This document shows positions 29,055 through 38,461 of a stretch of 64,000 nucleotides of DNA, one piece after another. The notes below the pieces were generated by a model that saw nothing but the letters and a program-made list of their open reading frames with translations, was not told where the DNA came from and made no database searches. Position 1 is the stretch's first letter. Every line of letters begins with the position of its first letter. The stretch is taken from positions 1-64,000 of the forward strand of contig JBHIEG010000009.1 of the NCBI GenBank assembly GCA_046760505.1. Direction: 5' to 3'. Both the position numbers and the translations under genes were made by a program. The DNA comes from Candidatus Hydrothermarchaeota archaeon. Its GTDB lineage: Archaea > CAYFZR01.

Positions 29055-30128
29055 ATGGAGGTAATTTGTTCAGGATGCAGTTGCTTGTGCGACGACATTG
29101 AAATAAAAGGCACCGTCTTCTGGAATGCTTGCAGAAAAGGAACCGGGAGACTTAAGCCGGTAGAAGGAGAAACCGATGTTAAAAAAATAAATGAGGCGAT
29201 AGATCTCTTAAATTCTTCTAAAAAAATAGGAATCTACGGTGGTGCAAACCTGTCTAACGAAGGAATAAAAATCCTATTCGATCTAGCAGAAAACCTAGGA
29301 GCTATTTTTTGGAACAGAGATTTAATCCAAAGAAATTTGTTTTTGAAAGCGTACGAAGAATGGGAAATCGCAAAACTTGACGAAATAAAGGATTATGGAA
29401 GATTTATTATGTGCTGGGGATCGGATAACATGAACACTCATCCAAGGCTTTTGAGCAGGTACATTTACTTTACTCATGGAGAAAAGACCCCAAAAGGCTA
29501 TGAAGACAGGATCTTAGTTCCAATAGACATCGAATTAACCCCAACAGCAGTTATTTCATTGCCATACTACGTCAAATTGAAGAAAGGAACCATATCTGAG
29601 ATAGAGAAAGCGGACAAAAAGGAGACTAAATTGGTTAAACATGCTCTAGAGAAGGCTGAACACAGGTATATTATAATTGGAGAGAGAATAATAGAAGAGG
29701 AAGACGAACTGGATAGGTTCATAAAAGAGTACGAAATGAAGGTTTTGCCCTTAGCGCATGGATTCAACCACTACTCATTGTTTGAAGAACTCTTGAAAAG
29801 AACAAAGAATATCTCTCCCTATGACTTTGAAAACAAAGAGATAGCTAAAGAGTACAAAGTTGATGTACTCTTGATTGTGGGGGGAAATCCTTTTGCAAAG
29901 GTGCCTGACTCGCAAGAATGGGCTGAAAAAATTATAACACTAGATCCTTTCAGATCATACACCGCGTTGAAATCAGAAGTCTGGATAAAGAGTGCACTTA
30001 ATGGAGTTTGTGTATCGACAAATGCAAAAAGAATGGATGGGGAGGATGTTTCCATAGAGGCATTGTATCAAGGAAAGTTGCTCTCTGATGAGGAGATTCT
30101 CAGGAGTATTTTGGAGGGAACCACATGA
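29055..30128 (+). CDS. Formylmethanofuran dehydrogenase subunit B-like protein (degenerate)
   Basis: CSGCSCLCDDI...NACRKG, WGS...HPRLLSRY, RMDG; no Cys at the metal-ligand position. Confidence 0.75.
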   Translation: MEVICSGCSCLCDDIEIKGTVFWNACRKGTGRLKPVEGETDVKKINEAIDLLNSSKKIGIYGGANLSNEGIKILFDLAENLGAIFWNRDLIQRNLFLKAYEEWEIAKLDEIKDYGRFIMCWGSDNMNTHPRLLSRYIYFTHGEKTPKGYEDRILVPIDIELTPTAVISLPYYVKLKKGTISEIEKADKKETKLVKHALEKAEHRYIIIGERIIEEEDELDRFIKEYEMKVLPLAHGFNHYSLFEELLKRTKNISPYDFENKEIAKEYKVDVLLIVGGNPFAKVPDSQEWAEKIITLDPFRSYTALKSEVWIKSALNGVCVSTNAKRMDGEDVSIEALYQGKLLSDEEILRSILEGTT

Positions 30129-30448
30129 GAATTAGCGTGTTTGTTGGAGATTATGTATTCCAAACTGCAAGGGACGCCTTGAGTAAAGATTACGTTGATT
30201 CCTCTGCCATATGTATATTAAGCGAAGAAACCGCAAAGAAATTAAATGTTAAAGGCGAAGATAGAGTTGAACTAAATATTAACGGAAAATCACTGGTTTT
30301 AAAGGTAAAGATAACTGAAAGAAAAGTAGATTATGCTTTTGTCCCGCTAAGCCCATGGATCGTGGATTTGGTAACGCAGGAACAGATAGAAAAAGGATTT
30401 ATTTCAGATATCCAAAAAACCACAAGGGAGATTGAGCCGTTACCTTAA
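30125..30448 (+). CDS. FwdD-like molybdopterin dinucleotide-binding domain protein
   Basis: AKKLNVKGEDRVEL double-psi barrel pattern, AFVPLSPW; follows the fwdB-like gene. Confidence 0.7.
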   Translation: MRISVFVGDYVFQTARDALSKDYVDSSAICILSEETAKKLNVKGEDRVELNINGKSLVLKVKITERKVDYAFVPLSPWIVDLVTQEQIEKGFISDIQKTTREIEPLP

Positions 30449-30718
30449 GATTCCAACTTTATTTTTTACTCAGTACCTAATCCGTTTTTTAAATAATAAT
30501 TTGATGCAGTTTTTAGCTTTTAAATATCCATTTATTTCCCACGTCTTCTTTTTCTTTTTCTCTTTTGCCTCCTCTGTCTCTTCTTCTTCCATTTTTTTCT
30601 CAAGGCGACCCCTCTGAATTCAAAAAATTTTCCAGGTATTATAAAAATTACGCAAAGAATACATTAATTTTGTATGGCTAGGAACTTATAAGTAATCAGG
30701 TATAAACTAATCTAAGAT

Positions 30719-31981
30719 ATGAAAAGGGTGAGTTTGCTACCTGGAGAGTATTTAACCATAGAGGGAGCTGCAAGATTAAACATAAAAGAAGGTGAAGTTT
30801 TAATCGGTGAAAAGGAATATTTTGAAGGTGAAGAATACATAATTTTGCGTGGCGATAAGATCTTTGTTAAAGCGATGAAAGAATCAACTCTAGAAATATT
30901 TCTAGGCACTGGTGGTTCTATAAAAAAAGTTGAGCAGGTAATACCAGAGAGTTGGGTTAAAGCGGCTAAAGCAATCTTAGATCATGAAAAACCATGCGTG
31001 TCCATGATAGTTGGAGGAGTGGATACAGGAAAGACAACTTTAACTACTTATATCGCAAATCAATGTTTTGAAAACAACTTAAGGACGATAGTTATAGATG
31101 CCGACCTTGGACAATCCAGTATAGGACCTCCAACCACGATTTCTTTGGGAATCGTGAATAGGAAAATAAGCAGATTGTCCGATTTGAACATGGAAAGCGG
31201 ATTCTTTGTAGGTTCTACTTCTCCAAATCACCATTTATTACAGTGCATATCTGGTTTAAGGTTGCTTCTAGACAAGGCACTTCAGCTCAAAGGAGATGTG
31301 ATACTGATAGATACATCTGGAATGATATCGGGAGGTCCTGGAAGGGCTTTAAAGATTCATAAAACCATGCTAATAAAGCCAAATTTCTTATTTATTCTCA
31401 GAAAAGGGAAAGAACTGGATTACCTCATTAATATATTTCGAAATATAAATGTTCGCCCGCTAGAAGTACCAGAAGAAGTCAGGGGAACATCTAGAGAAGA
31501 AAGGAGATTTTTCAGGGAATTGGCATTCAGAAACTACTTCTCAAATGCCAGAGAAATAGAATTTGATCTGAAAAAAGTAAAGGTTATTGGAACATTTTTT
31601 GGCACAGGCACCGTTGATGAAGAAATGAAATACAAAATCTCTTCATTCTTTAAGGAAAAAATAAATTATTGTGAGAATTTGGGTGAAGGGTATTTAATTG
31701 TAACTGAAAAACCTAGGCAAGGAAGAGTTAGAAACGATTTTGATAGGCAGTTTAAAGTTTTAGAAAAAGGTTTTGAAGAGCAAATTCTCGTTGGATTGTT
31801 GGACGGAGATCAAGAACTTCTAGATCTAGGAATAATGAGAAGAATTGACTATTCAAATAAAAAAGCATATGTTTACTCCCCGACTATCGATCCTGATAAA
31901 ATCAATACGATAAAGTTGGGTTCAATAAGGATAAAAGAGGATGGAAAGGAAATAGGCTTCATTCCTTTGGGTAGTTTTTGA
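30719..31981 (+). CDS. Clp1/Grc3-type polynucleotide 5'-OH kinase
   Basis: GGVDTGKTT, DADLGQSSIGPP, IDTSG, R..R...R lid motif. Confidence 0.85.
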   Translation: MKRVSLLPGEYLTIEGAARLNIKEGEVLIGEKEYFEGEEYIILRGDKIFVKAMKESTLEIFLGTGGSIKKVEQVIPESWVKAAKAILDHEKPCVSMIVGGVDTGKTTLTTYIANQCFENNLRTIVIDADLGQSSIGPPTTISLGIVNRKISRLSDLNMESGFFVGSTSPNHHLLQCISGLRLLLDKALQLKGDVILIDTSGMISGGPGRALKIHKTMLIKPNFLFILRKGKELDYLINIFRNINVRPLEVPEEVRGTSREERRFFRELAFRNYFSNAREIEFDLKKVKVIGTFFGTGTVDEEMKYKISSFFKEKINYCENLGEGYLIVTEKPRQGRVRNDFDRQFKVLEKGFEEQILVGLLDGDQELLDLGIMRRIDYSNKKAYVYSPTIDPDKINTIKLGSIRIKEDGKEIGFIPLGSF

Positions 31982-32971
31982 TCAAGGACCTTCCATGTAG
32001 TCGTATAGGTCCCCATCAACTCTTTCCTCGTAGATTATATTCTTATCTTTGATTAATTCTATTCTGAATAGATTTGACTTGTACCATCTTTTGGTTGGCT
32101 CCGGGACTTCTTCAGAAACGCCTTCTCCCCTATATAATTTGGCAATCTCTGGATAAAGTTCGTACGTGCTGAAGTTTCTTCTTATATCGGTAACTACGAA
32201 TCCCATGTCCATTAAAGATTTTTCTACAAAATACCATCTTGAAAGAGGCGCATCTGTGAAGGTCATTGAGAAGTATCCGGAACCTTCCTCCTTTAAGCAT
32301 TCTAATCCTCTACATACAAACAAAGTTAGTGCAATCGCTGTATCAGGAGGATCTGTGGTAAAACAATCGAATTTATCTCTCAGATCTCTAGGAATCGGAT
32401 CTCTAAGGTCAAATCTAATGGTTTTAATTCCAAGTTCCTGATCGTTTATGAATTCCAATATCCTTTCGTCAATATCTATTGCTGTCACTTTCTTTGCCAA
32501 GCCAGTCATTGCAATCGCTATGCTTACAAGATCATCGTCTCCCAAAACGATGATGTTCTTTCCATCTATATCTCCATAGTTGAGCATGAATAAAACCCTT
32601 GCAATTGTGGAATCTGTAGTTATGAATGATTGATCGTATTCAGGCACGTTGTAAGGTCTGTTTCTAGAAATTTCCTCGAATTCTTTAAGAAAATCATCAT
32701 CGATTGCTATTCCTCTTCCATCACACTCTGGACAAACTTTATCTCCCACTTCTTTTACACCTAATTCTTCCGCAAAATTCTCTCCCTCTTTAGTAAGAGA
32801 GAATCTATAATTATTCTCGTCAACGTAACCATTTTTTCTAAGGATCTTGAGTGTTTTTGTTAGTTCTCGCATTGGTACTGCGGAAAATGAGGCAATCTCC
32901 CAAATATCCAAATCTTTTTTAAGCAGAGCCCTCAAAATTTCTCTAACATATCTCATTCTTGTTACTCCCAT
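31982..32971 (-). CDS. bpsA: Branched-chain polyamine synthase (N4-bis(aminopropyl)spermidine synthase)
   Basis: CPECDGRG, YDQ, GDDDLVS, DIDER, TDPPDT. Confidence 0.85.
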   Translation of the reverse strand: MGVTRMRYVREILRALLKKDLDIWEIASFSAVPMRELTKTLKILRKNGYVDENNYRFSLTKEGENFAEELGVKEVGDKVCPECDGRGIAIDDDFLKEFEEISRNRPYNVPEYDQSFITTDSTIARVLFMLNYGDIDGKNIIVLGDDDLVSIAIAMTGLAKKVTAIDIDERILEFINDQELGIKTIRFDLRDPIPRDLRDKFDCFTTDPPDTAIALTLFVCRGLECLKEEGSGYFSMTFTDAPLSRWYFVEKSLMDMGFVVTDIRRNFSTYELYPEIAKLYRGEGVSEEVPEPTKRWYKSNLFRIELIKDKNIIYEERVDGDLYDYMEGP

Positions 32972-33150
32972 CTCTCTTATCGTCTTCACCTCCGGTGTGA
33001 TAATTTAGCCTAGATTATTGCTTTTCGTTTTTGGTCGATAAAACTTATGGTGTATTTCAAGATTTAATCAAAAATGTAAAAAAAGTCTACAAGGTTTTTT
33101 AAGCAAAAAAAACATTTTGACACTTTCCTGTTAAGAATAGAGCCGAATAG

Positions 33151-33163
33151 AAAAGTTTATATC
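33151..33163 (+). promoter_or_regulatory. BRE/TATA promoter of the structured RNA
   Basis: Purine-rich AAAAG followed by TTTATATC, ~25 nt upstream of G33186. Confidence 0.7.
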
Positions 33164-33185
33164 TTTAAAGTTACACTTCATATTT

Positions 33186-33353
33186 GCCCCAAGCAGATCG
33201 GGAAAACTTGCGACGAGGTGAACCGCTCAGCATCGAGAATTCGATGTTGAACGGGGTGGTAGTTGCAAGAACGATACCACGATGCAAAGAACCAGTTGAA
33301 AAACTGGGGAAGGTGTCGGTGGCCAGTATCGAAGTACCGAGACTGCTTGGGGC
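33186..33353 (+). ncRNA. Unassigned ~168-nt structured non-coding RNA (three-way junction)
   Basis: GC-rich island; 11-bp closing stem GCCCCAAGCAG/CTGCTTGGGGC; several internal helices with G-U pairs; GAAA tetraloop; TATA upstream and T-tract downstream. Confidence 0.8.
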
Positions 33354-33370
33354 TTTTTTATTGTTTCTTC
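33354..33370 (+). terminator. Oligo-T terminator after the ncRNA
   Basis: TTTTTTATTGTTTCTTC immediately after the closing stem. Confidence 0.6.
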
Positions 33371-33385
33371 TAACTTATTGATAGT

Positions 33386-34177
33386 TTAATTTTTCAAAGC
33401 ACTTGCAAGCGCAACAGCATTTTCGTAGTTTGGGCTTACTCTGGAGGTATCGACGAACACCCTGTCTATGTTTACTACTGGAGCGCCAAAGCCCTTTCCT
33501 CCCCCTAAAAGGACTAGGGTTCTGAAGATAAGGTTTCCTGTTATTCCATCTGGCACTATAATAATGTTAGCCTCTTTCACTGCATCTTCTATAAGTATTT
33601 CATAGTGCTTGCAATCCACCTTTTCTTTTAGTATGCTAGCCAGATATTCGCCTTCCATCAATGTTTTATCAACTCTTTCGTCTCTTCCCAAGTCCTGCTT
33701 CCTACCTCCAGATATTATACCAACCCTTGGCTTTATATCGATTTTTTTTGCAATCTCTGCTCCGAATTCCACGAATTCTAATTTCTCCAAAGGTGTTCTG
33801 CCTTCATCTATTCCGACCGGGGCAAGAAAAAAATATCTGTCCTTTGGAGTACCCAGCAAAGCCATTCTCAATATTTTCGGATAATATTTTTTAAGGAAAG
33901 ATAACGTATCGCTAGCGGGTAGAGACCCCCTCACTGCTCCCTCTACATCTCCCTTCATCAACAACTCTATCAGAGTCAAACATGGGTCATCGCTCACTAT
34001 AGTTTCGACAAGCCTAGATTTTTTTTGAGAAACCAAAACCACGTCAGCATATCCTTTTTCGATTGCGCTAATCGCCTTTTCTTCAGCTCTTTCAAAATAT
34101 CCTTTTTTTTCTGTTCCCGCTCCTAAGGCTATTCTAGCCTTATTCCTTTTTGCCATTTCGTATATTTTTTGGATCAT
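33386..34177 (-). CDS. mtxX: Methanogenesis marker protein 4 / MtxX (phosphotransacetylase-like fold)
   Basis: [41 protein letters not shown]. Confidence 0.9.
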   Translation of the reverse strand: MIQKIYEMAKRNKARIALGAGTEKKGYFERAEEKAISAIEKGYADVVLVSQKKSRLVETIVSDDPCLTLIELLMKGDVEGAVRGSLPASDTLSFLKKYYPKILRMALLGTPKDRYFFLAPVGIDEGRTPLEKLEFVEFGAEIAKKIDIKPRVGIISGGRKQDLGRDERVDKTLMEGEYLASILKEKVDCKHYEILIEDAVKEANIIIVPDGITGNLIFRTLVLLGGGKGFGAPVVNIDRVFVDTSRVSPNYENAVALASALKN

Positions 34178-34194
34178 GCTAGAAATTGATGGGA

Positions 34195-34872
34195 TTAGAT
34201 AATATCTTTTTCGAGATTTGATGTTATTTCTCTAATTTCATTCAATTTTTTTTCTAAGTATTCAATGACTTCTTCATCTGTTAAATCGGGAAAACTTTCG
34301 TAGAAACTTGCGACTGCAAAAAATGGTCTGTCATCTGATATTAAATTTACAATTTCATCTGCTTCAGGCTCAACAACCTCAATTGCTCTTGCAGAGGCAG
34401 TAGGAACTGCTATTATTATCTTTCTGGGGTTAAACTTTTTCAAATATTTTAAAGCCGCGAGCATAGTAAAGCCGCTTGCCAGTCCATCATCCACAACTAT
34501 GACATTCTTGCCAGTTATTTCAGGGAATGGTTTTTCTTTACGATATTTTTTTATCCTCCTACTCACTTCCATCATTACCTTTCTTGCCAAGAATTCGATT
34601 TCTCTTGGTTCTAGTCTTAAGTAAGAGACAAGGGGTTCATTAAGAACTATTGTTCCATCTGCGGTTACAGCCCCAAATCCTGCCTCAGGATCACTTGGTA
34701 TGGGAATCTTCCTTACGACTACAACATCCAAAGGCGCGTTAATCTTTTTTGAAATTCTGTAGGCTACTGGGACTCCACCCCGGGGTATGGCTAAAACTAT
34801 TGCATCCTCCTTATATTCAGCCAATTTTTCCCCGAGTATTTTCCCGGCTTCCTCTCTATCTTTAAATATCAT
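34195..34872 (-). CDS. Phosphoribosyltransferase family protein
   Basis: FKDREEAG, IPRGGVPV, VVDDGLASG, FY..F..LTDEEV. Confidence 0.9.
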   Translation of the reverse strand: MIFKDREEAGKILGEKLAEYKEDAIVLAIPRGGVPVAYRISKKINAPLDVVVVRKIPIPSDPEAGFGAVTADGTIVLNEPLVSYLRLEPREIEFLARKVMMEVSRRIKKYRKEKPFPEITGKNVIVVDDGLASGFTMLAALKYLKKFNPRKIIIAVPTASARAIEVVEPEADEIVNLISDDRPFFAVASFYESFPDLTDEEVIEYLEKKLNEIREITSNLEKDII

Positions 34873-35146
34873 ATTCCAGATCTTTCTTTTACTACTTTCT
34901 TTAAAAATGCATTACTATACAAACATGCTTCAGATATATCTGAGCTGATGTATTCTATAAAAATAAGAAATATTATAAAAAATTATAAAAAAATAGGTGG
35001 GGAGGGTGTGGGGCTAAGGCAGGCGATATAAATGTGTGTTAACCATAAAATAAATTCTTCCTATACATTTTTGCTAAGAATTCGTGAAAATCTGTTCAGA
35101 TCAATTTTAATTTTCGACCCCTCAGAGGGCAACAATTATCTAAGGA

Positions 35147-36295
35147 TTACCTAAAGAAGTACAAAAGCAAACTTATTGCTCTTTCAAACAGCGACATTTC
35201 TTCTTTCGATCTTACAATAAATTTAATTTGGAAGTCTTTTCCAACACCTTCATTGCTTTTCAAACTTGCAGTAAAATCGTACTCACCTAAGAATGGAGGG
35301 GGGATATTTAATTTAACCAAAAAGTATTCTGTCTTATTTGATTCTAAAATTAAGCTCTCAGGCTCAATTTTAACTATCCACTTCCTTAATTCCGGAGGAA
35401 ATTCTAGGGTTACATTGTGCAAGGGCTCTTTTTTTATTTTGCTTTTCATAGATACCGGTATTTTAATATTTACCTCCTCACCTTGGTAAACTTCTACTGG
35501 TTCTTTAAGATCCACAATGATTTTCCTATCATCTACCACTTTTTTACCCACATATTTCTTCCCATCTTCAATGTTTTCTTTCAATTCTTCGAGGCTGTTA
35601 CCAACCGCGAAAATTACAGGAATCTCAAATTCCTTTATTACATTTTTAGCATCCCACTGAAGGGCAATTGCTGGGTCGTCTATGTTTGTTTTGAGAGCGT
35701 TGTTAAGACTGTCATTTTTTATATGAAGCCATAGTTTGGAGTAAGGAGTGCTTAAGTCATGCCTTGATGGTTTTATGGGAGATGAAATACCAACGTAGGT
35801 TTTCTCGTGTATATAAGCGATATCGTTTAATTCGTCATATTTTCCATAATCAAAGTTTACTGTGGCATCTACATCGAAATCTACTCCCTGATAGAACTTT
35901 ATCGATTCTAAAGGTCTTTTTGGAACTATTTTATAACTTATTATGAGCCACTTTCTGTCTGGCGGCAAAAAGATATTCCTTTCAACTGATATTTCGTCGT
36001 CTGAAAAGATGGATCTGGTTTTGTTTATTATGTTTCCTTTCAAAACCCTTAGATTTTTTAAAGGATAAGTATTCTCAGACGTATAGATCTTTTTTCCGTA
36101 TCTTATGCAGAATCTCTCCAAATAAAGGTGATCCGCATTTCTATAAAATAAATTTGTTGAAGATCCTAGGCTCGCTTCCAACTTCATAACATCGTTGGAA
36201 ACGATGAGTTCTTCTTTTTTCAAAATTTCTGGTTTCTGAGAGAAGCCAATTATAATTATAGTGGTTAGCAGAGATACAATCACCAAATTTCTCAT
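35147..36295 (-). CDS. Secreted/surface hypothetical protein with C-terminal Ig-like domain
   Basis: N-terminal signal peptide, beta-rich body, hydrophobic C-terminus. Confidence 0.65.
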   Translation of the reverse strand: MRNLVIVSLLTTIIIIGFSQKPEILKKEELIVSNDVMKLEASLGSSTNLFYRNADHLYLERFCIRYGKKIYTSENTYPLKNLRVLKGNIINKTRSIFSDDEISVERNIFLPPDRKWLIISYKIVPKRPLESIKFYQGVDFDVDATVNFDYGKYDELNDIAYIHEKTYVGISSPIKPSRHDLSTPYSKLWLHIKNDSLNNALKTNIDDPAIALQWDAKNVIKEFEIPVIFAVGNSLEELKENIEDGKKYVGKKVVDDRKIIVDLKEPVEVYQGEEVNIKIPVSMKSKIKKEPLHNVTLEFPPELRKWIVKIEPESLILESNKTEYFLVKLNIPPPFLGEYDFTASLKSNEGVGKDFQIKFIVRSKEEMSLFERAISLLLYFFR

Positions 36296-36304
36296 TGTAA
36301 CACC

Positions 36305-36769
36305 TTATAAATTTAAATCTCTCTCCACTACGTTCTTTTCTTTTCTATATTGGATCAATTTAGCCTTTATATTATCGTTGAAAAGGGCAAGTATTTTTAC
36401 TGCCAGGAGAGAAGCGTTTTCCGCGTTATCTATACCTACAACTCCCACTGGGATCCCTCTTGGCATCTGGACCATGGAGAGTAATGAATCAATGCCCAGT
36501 AAATTAGAAGAAACTGGAAGCCCGATTACAGGCTTCAACGTCTTTGATGCAACTATTCCCGGAAGATGAGCAGACATTCCTGCCACGCATATGTAAATCA
36601 TTGTCCCCTTGCTCTCTGCGTAATCAATCAACTTATCCAACTCTTCGGGAGATCTGTGAGCAGAAACAATATTTAGAGAATAATTAAGATCAAATTTCTT
36701 TAAAATTGAAGAAATCTTCTTTCCAACTTCCAAATCACTTTTACTTCCAAGTATTACGCAAACATCCAT
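36305..36769 (-). CDS. purE: N5-CAIR mutase / AIR carboxylase
   Basis: GSKSD, SAHRSP, AGMSAHLPG, SMVQMP.G.PV. Confidence 0.95.
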   Translation of the reverse strand: MDVCVILGSKSDLEVGKKISSILKKFDLNYSLNIVSAHRSPEELDKLIDYAESKGTMIYICVAGMSAHLPGIVASKTLKPVIGLPVSSNLLGIDSLLSMVQMPRGIPVGVVGIDNAENASLLAVKILALFNDNIKAKLIQYRKEKNVVERDLNL

Positions 36770-36791
36770 TAGGACACCAATTTAATTCTAT

Positions 36792-37142
36792 CTATTCTAG
36801 CAACTCACTCATTCTTTTATACATGTCTTCTAAATTTTCTTTCATCTTCTTCTTTATTCCTTCTTCAGGAGATGCGTAGTACTTATAGTAGTAACCGCCC
36901 TCATCTTTGGATAGTGATTTCCTGTAGGCTAACCCCTTACTCACTAAATTTTGAAGTATCCTTTGTGCGCTACTTCTATTTCTATTTATACTTTCAGCCA
37001 AACTCTTTACATCCTTAGATCCTTCTCTCAATGCAAAGTAGGCTTCTATTTCAATGGGCCTTAGATCTAGTAGACATTGCATTGCGTCTCTCAAAGTTAG
37101 ATCACGATTGCTAATTATTGATCGTAAATCTTCAAATCCCAT
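36792..37142 (-). CDS. TrmB-like HTH transcriptional regulator
   Basis: LAESINRNRSSAQRILQNLVSKGL, GGYYYKY. Confidence 0.8.
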   Translation of the reverse strand: MGFEDLRSIISNRDLTLRDAMQCLLDLRPIEIEAYFALREGSKDVKSLAESINRNRSSAQRILQNLVSKGLAYRKSLSKDEGGYYYKYYASPEEGIKKKMKENLEDMYKRMSELLE

Positions 37143-37204
37143 GAACATTTTTTCCTTCTTTTAATAAAAAAACCTTTTGATCATAGTTCATTTTCCTCTG
37201 GATA

Positions 37205-38392
37205 TTAAACTTTAAATGAGCAAACTTGTTTGAACTCAGCCAGAGGCTCTCCTAATGCACATTCTTCGATTTTTTGGAGAACTTCCATCCCTCTGTAGGT
37301 GTAAGGAACTTCTCTGGGATTGGAAAGAATGAAGGTTCGATCTTTGGCAAGGATCTTGAAGTATCTGGAATTTTTTATCTGGACCGCTTTTACCTCCTTA
37401 CATGATGTGTTAAGTGTATAGCCTCCTCCATGAGGCAGAACGTTCACATATTTGATGAATTCCTCAAGACCTAACTCTTCCGCCCTTTCTTGAAATCTTA
37501 GTCGCTCAACGGTTCCTTGTGAAAGATTTGGATAGCCCCTTATCAATATAACTGGAAGATCCCATCCTAGGGCAAGAGGAAATAAGGGAGCATTTAGGCT
37601 ACAAGTTGACTTATCGGTGGAATCGTAAACTCCAAGGCGCATAACATTTGCATCGAATAATCCCTGATGAATGGGATTACATATAATATTGCAGTCTCCG
37701 AATATCTCTGCTAGGAGAAGTTTTCTTTTTTTCTCTGAAAATGCCTCAAGTTTTCTGTATTGATTGTAGTACTTCTTCGCCTCTTTTCCTTCCAAAACAT
37801 AGCATTTTCCGAATGGAGTTTCTTCCCATGTACCCTCGTAGTTTTCAAAATTATAGAGTAGATGTTTTATTTCAGAAGCAGATGTATGAATCAAGGCTAG
37901 TAAAGACCCTTCTGGGATGCTATCTAACCTAGACCATTTAACCGAAAGAACTTCTATGAAGTGGTTTCCTTTGTTTAAGTCCCATTTGATGGAAACTCCA
38001 TTTACACATAAGTCCATTTTCTTTGTTTCGTATATCATTTCGAGTATCTCTGCATCAGACAGCGCTTCATTCAAAATGGCTAAAATCATTCCACAAGCAT
38101 TTGGCCTAACCTCTGGAAAAATGATTTTGTCATATTTTTTTCCTGGCCAGTGGATGATACACCCATATCCAAAGCCGCTCATCCATCTATCATAGTTCCT
38201 CGTTATCGTTGCATCAGGTCCGAGAAGTGAGAAAGTTTCAGTTTTATCGATACCGTAACTTCTGAGGACATGGATAATTTTTGCTATTCCGTATCTCATA
38301 TTCAAGTAAGAAAGTGTGGAAGCAGTATCGCCTAGACCAAGGGAAAAAATTCTTTTTTCAGATTCTTTAAGGAGTTCTTCTTCCCCAAGCAA
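37205..38392 (-). CDS. Divergent RtcB-superfamily protein (RNA ligase-like)
   Basis: PD, GFGYG, NACGM, GNHFIEV, IHTS, IHQG, PHGGG, PYTYR and terminal FKV occur in the same order as the RtcB catalytic motifs. Confidence 0.7.
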   Translation of the reverse strand: MLGEEELLKESEKRIFSLGLGDTASTLSYLNMRYGIAKIIHVLRSYGIDKTETFSLLGPDATITRNYDRWMSGFGYGCIIHWPGKKYDKIIFPEVRPNACGMILAILNEALSDAEILEMIYETKKMDLCVNGVSIKWDLNKGNHFIEVLSVKWSRLDSIPEGSLLALIHTSASEIKHLLYNFENYEGTWEETPFGKCYVLEGKEAKKYYNQYRKLEAFSEKKRKLLLAEIFGDCNIICNPIHQGLFDANVMRLGVYDSTDKSTCSLNAPLFPLALGWDLPVILIRGYPNLSQGTVERLRFQERAEELGLEEFIKYVNVLPHGGGYTLNTSCKEVKAVQIKNSRYFKILAKDRTFILSNPREVPYTYRGMEVLQKIEECALGEPLAEFKQVCSFKV

Positions 38393-38461
38393 TGTTAGTC
38401 CTCTTTGCTGAACTTGAGCCCAACTAAAACTATTTAAAGTTTATCTCTCAATAAGGCTTAC

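Noticed and set aside
29055-30128. Selenocysteine in the FwdB-like gene or other redox genes
   Set aside because: No in-frame TGA at any catalytic position examined.
30470-30592. 40-aa charged ORF on the minus strand (MEEEETEEAKEKKKKK...)
   Set aside because: Low complexity with no motif; cannot be supported without homologs.
33186-33353. Cobalamin riboswitch, RNase P, SRP, 5S or raiA identity for the RNA
   Set aside because: Only short fragments match (GGGAA, GGGAAGG, AACGAU.CCACG); the conserved cores are absent and there is no downstream sense gene.
33184-33381. 65-aa ORF in the ORF track
   Set aside because: TTG start without RBS, no recognisable motif, and it coincides with an extensively base-paired RNA bounded by a TATA box and T-tract.
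34996-35026. G-rich tract, possible G-quadruplex or ORB G-string
   Set aside because: Only three runs of three or more G and no ORB core.
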